This document shows positions 8,690-17,800 of a DNA stretch of 64,000 nucleotides, piece by piece. The position numbers and the translations under genes were made by a program. Within the stretch, counting starts at the first letter, position 1. The number at the start of each line of letters is the position of its first letter. The stretch comes from Actinomycetota bacterium (GTDB lineage: Bacteria > Actinomycetota > Geothermincolia > Fen-727 > Anoxymicrobiaceae). The notes below the pieces were generated by a model. The model did no database searches and was not told the DNA's origin. It saw nothing but the letters and a program-made list of their open reading frames with translations. The DNA is taken from positions 574 to 64,573 of the forward strand of contig JAZDFZ010000021.1 in NCBI GenBank assembly GCA_043807425.1, written 5' to 3'.

Positions 8690-9345
8690 TACTGCTGCGG
8701 CTTTGGTTGGATGACTATCTCGTTGATGACGTCGCCCTGGGTGATCGCGTTCACGACCTCCTGGCCCGAGACAACCTGGCCGAAGACCGTGTACTGGCCG
8801 TCCAGGTTCGGCTGGGGCCCCAGGCAGATGTAGAACTGGCTGCCCGCGCTGTTGGGGTCGCTGGAGCGTGCCATCGCCACGGTGCCGGTCTCGTGCTTGC
8901 GCGCGTTGAACTCCGCGGGAACGCTGTAGCCCGGGCCACCGGTGCCTGCGTCCGTCGCGTTGGGGTCCTTGCTCTTGGGGTCGCCTCCCTGCACAACGAA
9001 GCCCGGAACGACGCGGTGGAAGCGGGTCCCGTTGTAGAAGCCGGACCTGGCCAGGTTGAGGAAGCTGGCGCAGGTCACCGGGGCCACGTCCGGATAGAGG
9101 TCGAAGGTGATATCGCCCTTGCCGGTCTTTACGACCGCCTGGACGCTTGCTCCGTCCTGGTCGTTCGGGAAGTCGGCGAGTGTTTTCGTCGCTGAACTCG
9201 ATGGTGGCATGGTGGTCTGCTCCTCTCCTGTCGTGCTTTCATCCGTCCCGTCCGTGTCGGCCTGCTCGGTGCCACCGCACCCCACCAGGGCGATCACCAG
9301 GATCAGAACGGTCGCTATCATCAATATCGATGCAAGCCTCTTCAC
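8689..9345 (-). CDS. Cyclophilin-type peptidyl-prolyl isomerase, lipoprotein
   Basis: GGAGG RBS before GTG; lipobox LVGC; FYNGTRFHRVVPGFVVQGGDP and SAGSQFYI. Confidence 0.92.
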   Translation of the reverse strand: MKRLASILMIATVLILVIALVGCGGTEQADTDGTDESTTGEEQTTMPPSSSATKTLADFPNDQDGASVQAVVKTGKGDITFDLYPDVAPVTCASFLNLARSGFYNGTRFHRVVPGFVVQGGDPKSKDPNATDAGTGGPGYSVPAEFNARKHETGTVAMARSSDPNSAGSQFYICLGPQPNLDGQYTVFGQVVSGQEVVNAITQGDVINEIVIQPKPQQ

Positions 9346-9540
9346 AACGTTTCCTCCGCGGTTTCGATCCGTCGATGTGTTATCGGCACCCGCAAGTATA
9401 GCAGGTGCCCGTGGCGGTAGCATGTGCCGTTCGCCCGGCCGCGATATTGGATAAAGGAATACAGGCATGATGGCCGAAATAATCCGCAAGTGGTGCCAGG
9501 TTTGCTACGCAAGGGTTCTATTACTGTGAATGCAGTTAGG

Positions 9541-9602
9541 ACCGAGACCACGATAAGTGACGCAACCCGAGTGGAGATCTAATAGACCTGGCTGGATGAG
9601 AG
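9541..9602. repeat. Dispersed family D repeat (CGCAACC...TCTAWTAGACCTGGCT), copy 1
   Basis: 28/35 identity by hand alignment with the copy abutting the tRNA-Ser 3' end (57759-57793). Confidence 0.65.
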
Positions 9603-9838
9603 GTGGAAAGGATGGGCCTGGATTCTGGTTCCAGCGGTCCGCTGCTGGAGAGCACGGGATGGCTCGCCGCGCATCGACGCAACCAGTCGCTGCTCCGCGG
9701 ACCCATCGACCTGCGCAGGGACAGCCTGTCGGGGCGTCCCGCGCCCACCGTCCCCCGACCCCCCAGGGACCCCGCCGACTGGCGCGCCTGGGGTATGCGC
9801 CTGTTCATTCGTCCGGCTCCATAGCCCTGGAGCAAGTG

Positions 9839-9911
9839 AGCCGGCGGAGGGAATCGAACCCCCAACCTTCGCATTACAAGTGCGATGCTCTTCCAATTGA
9901 GCTACGCCGGC
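9839..9911 (-). tRNA. tRNA-Thr (TGT)
   Basis: GCCGGCG/CGCCGGC acceptor stem, D-arm AGCTCAATTGGAAGAGC, anticodon loop CT-TGT-AA, GGTTCGATTCC T-arm; CCA not encoded. Confidence 0.97.
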
Positions 9912-10004
9912 ACGGGTGCGCGCTTCCAGGAAGGGATTGCACGCTGTTACGAGCATATGGGGATGTGACGTCCGCGGTCAATCGGCCCGACGGTCGCGGG
10001 GTAC

Positions 10005-10712
10005 TTAGCTCGCCAGCGAGCGAGGTGCCACGCCGCCCCTGGGCAGGATCCCCCTGGCCAGGTTCTCCCGGTACTCCAGGTGCTGCTCGACCTTCCGCTT
10101 GATCCTCTGCAGCGCGTTGTCGATGGACTTCACGTGCCGGTCCAGGTCCTCGGCGATCTGCTGGTAGGAGCGACCCTCGACGTACAGGTGCAGCACCTCG
10201 GTCTCGAGCGGCGAGAGCATCTCGCGGAAGTTGGTCATGATGCTCTCGGCCTCCTCGAAGCTGATGACCATCTCCACCGGGTCGGTCGAGCGGCTGGAGG
10301 CCAGGAAGTCCATGTAGGAGCGGTCGGGCTCGTCCGACTCGCTTATGGGGTTGTGCAGTGAAACGTAGGTGTTGAGCGGAAGGTGCTTCTGCCGGGTCGC
10401 GGTCTTTATGGCCGTGATCATCTGCCTGGTCACGCATACCTCGGCGAACGCCTTGAAGGAGGTCTCGCGGTCGTTGCGGTAGTCGCGGATCGCCTTGTAG
10501 AGCCCGATCATGCCCTCCTGGACGATGTCCTCGCGGTCCGCTCCGACCAGGAAGTACGAGCGGGCCTTCAGCCTCACGAAGTCCTGGTAGCGCTCGAGCA
10601 TTGTAACCAGCGCTTTCGTGTCCTCGGCCTGCGCCATGCCCACGAGCTCGACGTCGGTCGCCTCATGGTACATGAAGATCCTCGACTCGCGCTGTTCCCG
10701 GGGTTTCGACAT
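10005..10712 (-). CDS. sigH: RNA polymerase sigma factor SigH (Spo0H family)
   Basis: KARSYFLVGADREDIVQEGMIGLYKAIRDY, KHLPLNTYVSL, KSIDNALQRIKRK; follows yacP. Confidence 0.93.
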   Translation of the reverse strand: MSKPREQRESRIFMYHEATDVELVGMAQAEDTKALVTMLERYQDFVRLKARSYFLVGADREDIVQEGMIGLYKAIRDYRNDRETSFKAFAEVCVTRQMITAIKTATRQKHLPLNTYVSLHNPISESDEPDRSYMDFLASSRSTDPVEMVISFEEAESIMTNFREMLSPLETEVLHLYVEGRSYQQIAEDLDRHVKSIDNALQRIKRKVEQHLEYRENLARGILPRGGVAPRSLAS

Positions 10713-10948
10713 CTGACCCACCCCTTTCCGTTTATCAGCCATTTCCAACCGTTCAAATCCCATTTCAGACCTTTTGTCCCCGTATTTCAGCCGCAATATA
10801 TTCTGAAATACACCGGGTGTCAATGCCCTGAGTGGGTTTTTTTCGGGTTTTTTTCAGACCTGTTGGGGTTGTTAACTACTGAACTGTATTGAGCAGCATC
10901 CGGGAAGGAAATTGCACGGAGACGATTCCTGTATTTCGCCCTGCGGGA

Positions 10949-11473
10949 CTACTTGCGGTTCTTCCTCTTCAGCTCGTCCAGGGACTCCAGGACGTCGCGG
11001 GGGATCCGGTCGCGGACGCTGACCTTCCAGGACGAGGACGCCGGCTTTGCCTCCCGCGCGGCCTCTTCGCGTGAGGTCCGCATCTCGATCGCGAACTCGC
11101 GGGAGGATATCCTCAGCATCCCCGCGCCGCCTGCCACCTTCTGCTGGTCGTAGTCCCCGGTCACCACGGCCGCGGAGCCCGGCTGCCTCGTGCCGCAGGA
11201 CAGCCTCTCGATGTAGGCGTCGGCGCTCTCACCCTTCGCGGTGTAGGTGACGCTGAGGCTCTCCGAAGGGCGCTCGGTCGCGGCCGGGCCGTCGCGTCCG
11301 GCCGCGTCGAACACCAGTTCGATCTCCACGTCCTGCCTGGCACAGTGCTCGATGAGGATCTCGACCAGCCTGGCCCGTGCCGCCTCCGCGTCCTTCTCCA
11401 TCACCGCCTTGAGCCCGGGGTCCGCGTGGATGAGGTTGTAGCCGTCCACGATAAGGCGCTTTGGCACCCTCAA
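10949..11473 (-). CDS. yacP: NYN-domain ribonuclease (YacP/Rae1 family)
   Basis: LIVDGYNLIH, LVFDA, SADAYIE, VVTGD; between rlmB and sigH. Confidence 0.88.
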   Translation of the reverse strand: MRVPKRLIVDGYNLIHADPGLKAVMEKDAEAARARLVEILIEHCARQDVEIELVFDAAGRDGPAATERPSESLSVTYTAKGESADAYIERLSCGTRQPGSAAVVTGDYDQQKVAGGAGMLRISSREFAIEMRTSREEAAREAKPASSSWKVSVRDRIPRDVLESLDELKRKNRK

Positions 11474-12252
11474 CCACCTCCCCTCTGCCGCACCGCCTCG
11501 TACAGGAGGACGGCACCCGCCGTCGCAACGTTCAGCGAGGAGACCCGCCCGAGCATGGGGATCTTCACCAGGAAGTCGCAGCGCTCGCGGACCAGCCGCG
11601 AGAGGCCCTTTCCCTCCCCTCCCAGGACGATCACCAGCGGCATGGTCATGTCGATGGCGGTGTAGTCATCCGGCGCGTCGCCGTCAGCGCCGACCACCCA
11701 GAGCCCCTCCTCCTTCAGGCGCTCGCACGTCGTCGCGATGCTGTTCACCTGCACCAGCCGGACGTGCTCGAGCGCTCCCGCCGACGCCCTGGCGACCGCC
11801 GCCCCGAGTGGTGGAGTGCGCCTCCTGGTCACGACCACCCCGTCCGCGCCGGCGGAGTCGGCTACCCTGAGAAGGGACCCGAGGTTCTGCGGGTCCTCGA
11901 CGCCGTCCAGCGCGAGGAGGAGCGGGATCCTCTCCTTCGTTCTCTCCAGGACGTCCTCCAGCTCGAAGCACCTGTACGGTGCGACCTGCGCGATGACGCC
12001 CTGAGGCACGTCGGTCGAGGCCATGCTCTCCAGGTCACCTCGGGGGATGATCTTGACCGGGACCTCCTTCCGCGCGGCGAGCTCCTTCACGGCCGCGACG
12101 GCCGCCCCTCCGGCACCATCGGCGATGAACACCTGCTGTACCTTCCTTGGACCCTCGAGCGCCTCGAGCACGGGGTTCCGCCCTTCGACCTGCTCGAGGC
12201 GGCACGAGGGGGTGGCTTTAGGTTTTCCGGGTGTCTTACGAGAGCCGCTCAT
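11470..12252 (-). CDS. rlmB: 23S rRNA (Gm2251) 2'-O-methyltransferase
   Basis: GRNPVLEAL, DPQNLGSLLR, GGEGKGL, SLNVATA (SPOUT motifs). Confidence 0.93.
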   Translation of the reverse strand: MSGSRKTPGKPKATPSCRLEQVEGRNPVLEALEGPRKVQQVFIADGAGGAAVAAVKELAARKEVPVKIIPRGDLESMASTDVPQGVIAQVAPYRCFELEDVLERTKERIPLLLALDGVEDPQNLGSLLRVADSAGADGVVVTRRRTPPLGAAVARASAGALEHVRLVQVNSIATTCERLKEEGLWVVGADGDAPDDYTAIDMTMPLVIVLGGEGKGLSRLVRERCDFLVKIPMLGRVSSLNVATAGAVLLYEAVRQRGGG

Positions 12253-12286
12253 CTTCGTCTTTCCGGCTTCGAGATAACCGTTTCGT

Positions 12287-13744
12287 TCAGTCCAGGCGCC
12301 AGCGGTACCCGCCGGCCACATCCTCCACGCGGACGCCCAGCTCCGCGAGACCTTCCCGTATCCTGTCGGCGAGCTCGAAGTCCTTGCGGGCACGGGCCTC
12401 CTGCCTCAGCTCGCAGAGCAGGCCTACCAGCCCGTCGGCCAGGCGGGCCATCTCTCCTCCGGCCTCCTCCTCCTCGAACAGGCCCACCGATCCGCAGAGC
12501 CCCTCCAGCAGTTCCAGCGCATCACGCAGCGCGGCCTTCTCCCCCGCCGTGCTTGCCTCTGTGAGCACCGCCAGGTAGGAGTTCGTCTCGCGGATCATCT
12601 CGAACACGGAGCCAAAAGCCGCCGCCGTGTTGAAATCGTCGTCCATGTGGGCGCGGAACTCCACCTCGGTCCTCTCCAGCATGGTTCGGAATCCCCGCTC
12701 GGCCTCCGTGGGGCGCTCGTCCTCCCCGCCGACCTCAGTGTCAAAACGGGCGATTGCGTCCCGGAGGTTGAAGCGGCAGTTCTCTAAGCGCTCCAGCGCG
12801 GAGGCAGCCTCGGCGAGGCTCGTATCGGAGAAGCTCAGGGGGCTGCGGTAGTGCGTGCCCAGCATGAGCATCCTGACCGCGTCGCGGTCGAAATCGGAGA
12901 GCACCTCCCGCAGCGTCTTGATGTTGCCCAGCGACTTGGACATCTTCTCCGCGTCGATGTTCAGCATCCCGCTGTGTATCCAGTAGCGCACGAACGGCCC
13001 GGCGCCGGCCCATGCTTCGGCCTGGGCCCTCTCGTTCTCGTGGTGAGGGAACACCAGGTCGAGCCCGCCGCCGTGGATGTCGAAACCCATGCCCAGGTAC
13101 TGCACCGACATGGTCGAGCACTCCATGTGCCAGCCGGGTCTCCCCGGGCCCCAGGGGCTCTCCCACGAGGGCTCACCCGGCTTGGCCGCCTTCCACAGGG
13201 CGAAGTCCTGGGGGTCGCGCTTGCGCTCCGCGGGGTTCACGCACTCGGTCACCATCTGCTCGTCAAGCGCGCGCCCGGATAGCTTCCCGTACGAGGGGAA
13301 CTTCGCAACCTCGAAGTAGACGTCGCCCTCGGAGACGTAGGCTACGCCCTTTTCCACCAGGACTCCGATGACCTCCAGCATCTCGTTGACGTGCTCCGTG
13401 GCGCGGGGGGCGATAGTGGGCGACCTGACCCCCAGAGCCCTCATGTCCTCCTCGAAGGCCACCCGGTACTTCTCGGCGAGTTGCTCGGCCTCCAAGCCCT
13501 CCTCGCGTGCCCGACTGATTATCTTGTCGTCTATGTCGGTGACGTTCTGGGCGAAGGTGACGTCGTAGCCCGCGAACTCCATGTATCGCCGTATGAAGTC
13601 GAAGTTGAGGAAGGTGCGCGCGTTGCCGATGTGGATGTAGTTGTACACGGTCGGCCCGCACACGTACATGAGGACCCTGCCCTCCTCGCGGGTGACGAGG
13701 TCCTCCTTCCGCCGCGTCATGGTGTTGTAGATCCTGATGGCCAT
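12287..13744 (-). CDS. cysS: Cysteine--tRNA ligase
   Basis: MYVCGPTVYNYIHIGNAR, PGRPGWHMECS, FPHHENE, KMSKS. Confidence 0.98.
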   Translation of the reverse strand: MAIRIYNTMTRRKEDLVTREEGRVLMYVCGPTVYNYIHIGNARTFLNFDFIRRYMEFAGYDVTFAQNVTDIDDKIISRAREEGLEAEQLAEKYRVAFEEDMRALGVRSPTIAPRATEHVNEMLEVIGVLVEKGVAYVSEGDVYFEVAKFPSYGKLSGRALDEQMVTECVNPAERKRDPQDFALWKAAKPGEPSWESPWGPGRPGWHMECSTMSVQYLGMGFDIHGGGLDLVFPHHENERAQAEAWAGAGPFVRYWIHSGMLNIDAEKMSKSLGNIKTLREVLSDFDRDAVRMLMLGTHYRSPLSFSDTSLAEAASALERLENCRFNLRDAIARFDTEVGGEDERPTEAERGFRTMLERTEVEFRAHMDDDFNTAAAFGSVFEMIRETNSYLAVLTEASTAGEKAALRDALELLEGLCGSVGLFEEEEAGGEMARLADGLVGLLCELRQEARARKDFELADRIREGLAELGVRVEDVAGGYRWRLD

Positions 13745-13879
13745 GGTTCAACTTTGTTCACGAAACGCCGGGCTTGCTACTGCCGATAATCACAAACGGA
13801 TTAAACGAACTGAGCGTCTTTACATTATATCAATGTGAAGACTCTGGGTTAGACTGCCCTAGAGCTCAGGTATCTGGCA

Positions 13880-14839
13880 TCACTGCTTTATTGCAGGTAC
13901 ATAGATGCAGGTTTCGGGGCCGGAAAGACAGTAGACTGGCTGCAGGAACTGATTGGTCGTCTTCGAGGGGTCGGCGTAGTAGATCAGCTCCACCCGCGAG
14001 ACCTCAGGGTTCTCCACATCAGGATGGAGGTTCATCGTGTTATTGCCCTTCTCTGCGTCCTCGATTGCTTCTTTAAGCGATTTGACCTCGAACTTCTTGT
14101 AGGGAACCAGGTTTCTCATGGTGCTGTCGACGCCGATCAGCTCCCCATCGGTCCCCAGCGAAACCATGATGCGCATCCCGGGTCCGACTATTGGCCTGCC
14201 ATCGGCCTTTCTGGATATCTCCACATCCCTTTGAAGCCGGATCTTCGTGACCTGTCCATCGTCATGGTGCAAAGTCTCTCTCTGCGGACCACCGATCATC
14301 GATACATAAGCTTCATGGGGAAGGAGACCCAGTTCTTCGAGAGTGCTCATAGCAATTCTTCCAGATTCCTCAACAGAGGGGAGGTCTGGATTCTCCTGCC
14401 CGTACTTCGAGCCGATCCAGAACTGGTAGTTCCCGTTGTTGTAGTAGTAATGGAAGATGCGCCCGAAGTTCTGGTCCCCTTCAATTGCATAGTAGCTATC
14501 GTAGTCCTCGTACTGGAACGACCCCTTGAGCTTGATTTCATCCCGTTGGATTTCGTGATTTATGCCGAACTTCCGAGCAAGCATCTGTATCTCTGCCGCC
14601 CCATCAGCGATTTGCTCGAAACGATAGACGGTCAGTCTATACGGAGCCTGTGGAATATCTTTGGCGGTCAGGACCAGTCTGCCCTTCACGGGCTTGTTCG
14701 CGGCTTCAGGTGGGGCGTCCAGTGGCAGAACTGCGGCACCCCCCTTCAGGAGCAATGCGAGGACAAACGCAGTGCCGACAATTGCGACCAGCGCACCACC
14801 GATAGCAATACAGGTAGACTTGGATACTGGCTTCCTCAT
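13880..14839 (-). CDS. Membrane-anchored hypothetical protein, partner of the giant secreted protein
   Basis: N-terminal TM helix; ATGA overlap with the upstream gene; C-terminal ELIYY...LQPVYCLSG. Confidence 0.8.
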   Translation of the reverse strand: MRKPVSKSTCIAIGGALVAIVGTAFVLALLLKGGAAVLPLDAPPEAANKPVKGRLVLTAKDIPQAPYRLTVYRFEQIADGAAEIQMLARKFGINHEIQRDEIKLKGSFQYEDYDSYYAIEGDQNFGRIFHYYYNNGNYQFWIGSKYGQENPDLPSVEESGRIAMSTLEELGLLPHEAYVSMIGGPQRETLHHDDGQVTKIRLQRDVEISRKADGRPIVGPGMRIMVSLGTDGELIGVDSTMRNLVPYKKFEVKSLKEAIEDAEKGNNTMNLHPDVENPEVSRVELIYYADPSKTTNQFLQPVYCLSGPETCIYVPAIKQ

Positions 14840-17800
14840 AGCGGGGGTGGCTCCTCCTCGATGTGCAAATCGACCTCGAGGTAACCGAAGTGCATGTTGT
14901 GGTTGAGGAACAACACCTGGTAGTCCTGGCCTCGCTCCACGCTCGAGGGAACGACAACCCTGACCCTGTGCTCGTCAATGAATGCCACAGGTTGCTGTAT
15001 ATACTGCCGGGTCCCTTCAGCGCCCGTCTTTCTGAACCGGACTATGACACCTGGGTCGAACGGCTGTGGTGTTTCTCCGGGACCTCCTACGGACAACGCA
15101 GTGAATTCTACTTCCTCGCCCGGTTGCACGATGTGGTCCACAGTCACTACTGTGATGTCGCTCTTGGGTAATTCGCTGTCTGGCAATTCCACGAAGCCTC
15201 CATCATCATTGACGTAATCGCAAACCTCGAACTCCCAACTGGTGTCCGAATCGGCATTTGGGTCATCTGACTGTGGCCCGTGGCCGAAGAAAAAGTCACC
15301 GAATGAGTTCGTGGCGCCATAAACGACCGCGAGGTTGTATGGATCCCAAATGCTTCTTTCCTCCCATATTTGTGCTTCGTCCCTCCTGTCTTGGGCCTGG
15401 TTGTGATAATTCGCGAGTTTCCAGGCCTCTTTGATATTCCTTGGTCCGGGCTGAGTTATCGACCTGGCAGTTTCAGTGCCAACAACCCCATCCATCCAAG
15501 CCTTGGTTCCCATACCCATCAAGAGGTGCAGTCCCTTAGCGACTGTCACCGCGTTGAACCTCCGGTCGATATCCGGCAAGTTGGAGTAATCAGCTGGGTT
15601 GTAGGGAGTATCTTCAGGAACAACGCCCGGTTTCGCCGATCTGTCTGGAACATGAGCGGCTACATCAGCCTGGTTGTCTCCGGCAAACAGCTTGCAATTG
15701 TAGACGATCGCCCACTCCAAATCCTGGTCTCCCCAGCCCAAGCTAGATGAATGTAACACACCACCGTTTAGTCCGAGCCCATTCTGGTAGTCGATGATCG
15801 AGACTACCGAACCGGCAGCCCGTTGCAGCCACCCATGACCCGCATTCATGACCAGGTCTACATTATCGGACGAGAGGGGATCTTGACCTTCGGTTTTTGG
15901 ATCTCCGGGATTCTGGAAATAGTCTCGTGAGTCCCTCTCCCTGCCGGCAAGAAGGGGCGGATACTCCGGCTCGTTTCCTCTCCTTTGCCTTATTCTTGCT
16001 CCATCGAGGGCGAACACAGTGGCAAGCCCCTCGCATGCATCCACCGCTCCCGGTATGTTAAAGATGCTGTATGATATCCCCACCTCGGGTTGCGTTTCGT
16101 CGTAGTCATTATCTTGTTCGTGATTCTGACCAAGGCCATGCCATGGGAGAACGTCTGTTGTCTCAAAGTCAGAAACTGCGCTTCCATCGCCTGCCGGCGC
16201 CGGGCCGTTTTCTACTCCAAAGTGGCACCAGTCGTTCCACTCCGCGTTAAACGGGTTCTCCGGATCGCTGTTCAGTAACTGCACGCCGTAGTTGGAATCC
16301 CATAGATTGCAGCCATTCACGATAGGCTGGTCAGGGCGGGAGTAGTCGTCTAGGTCCACCAGGACCGCGACATCGCAATAGGAAATCGTGGTGGCTCCGG
16401 GTTCGTCGTCATCGATCCTGGTGCAAGTATCACCCGACAGCCTGATCCCGGTGCCGCCTCTATCTCCGTAGGATGTACCACCGTCTATAATGAGCTTGCT
16501 CAGAATTGGGGAACAGTTGTCCACGTTTAGGAGCGCACTCCCGGAACCACCGTAGGCGAGCCGGGTCCATTGGACGAAGCACTGGTCATTCGCCAGACTG
16601 ATTCCTCCCCAGTCGTTGTACGACGGGTAGTGAATCAGCCCATCATTACTGGTGGGTCCGCCAACCGAATCGTCATACAAGCTGGTGATGCAGATCCGGT
16701 CCTGTTGTGTACCGACGCACTGTAGCGACCCGGCGACAGTCATCCTCACATCCAGCCACTTGATGATAACGCCTGGGTCGATCACCAGGGTAGAACCGGC
16801 CGGGACCGTGAAATCATTCTCGGTCATGGTATATGGAACGAGGTTGGCCATGAAGCGAATGGAGTTGGTGGCGAACCACGAGTAGGCGGAAAGCTCAATG
16901 CCATTAATCCTGCAGCCGGTGCCACTATTGGCGAATATCTGCAGGTTCTCCAGCCCATCATCAACCCTCCCCAGGAACTCCGTGCAGTTGTTCACGGTGT
17001 TTTCAGCGACAGTGGTCATTGCATCGCACCCATCGATCTTGATCCCGTACTGACAGCTCTCGATCAGATTTCCTTGAACTGCCGGCGTCCCCCTGGTGAT
17101 CTGCACCCCCACCGCCCGCATCCCGTTGATATGCAGTCCGTTCTGTATCGTAGGGCTCCCCCCCTCGATCCAGACCCCGTAGTCTCCATCCTGCATGGAG
17201 GCGGTAGAGCCGCTCGAGTTCTCGACCAGTGCGCTGCCGTCCACCACCCTCACCGATGCCATCGCGGGTGCCGGCGGGGGATCACCGCCCAGGATCTTCA
17301 CCTGGTAGGTGGACAGGTCCCTCACAAGTGGAGAGCCGGAAAAGACATGCACGCCGTCGGAAGCGCAGCAGGATATCGAGCAGGAGGTCACCTGGTGGTC
17401 TCCACGCACCCCGATGGCGCCTCCGTCGATGGGGGCGATTCCCCCCACGTAGGAGATATCGCAGAAGGAGAGGGTCGAGGCTTGAAGCGGCTCCGTGTTC
17501 TCGAGCCTTATGCCCTTCCAATCCCCGGGATTGGGATTCTGCGCTGGAGGCAGGTTGTAGGTTTGGCCTCCCACGGTGTCGTAGATCGATGTAATGGTGA
17601 CATGCTGGTCTGAGGTGCCACCCGCCTGCAGGCGGCCCCAGACCCAGATGGTGGACTGCTCCCCGGCCTTGATCCTGGTTCCGGGCTCGATCGCCAGGGT
17701 GGCTCCGGTCGTCACCGTTATACCTGAGGGCTGACCGGTGTCGTAGAGGACGAAGGGCAGGTCGGGATTGGAGTTGTCCCACCTCATGTCCGAGGAATAG

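Noticed and set aside
9603-9956. ORFs around tRNA-Thr
   Set aside because: They overlap the tRNA or lack motifs and a clear RBS.
13745-13880. T-box leader for cysS (also sought for gltX and argS)
   Set aside because: No GGTGGNACCGCG T-box sequence or antiterminator. The region is an A/T-rich promoter zone with an imperfect palindrome CTTTACATT-N5-AATGTGAAG.
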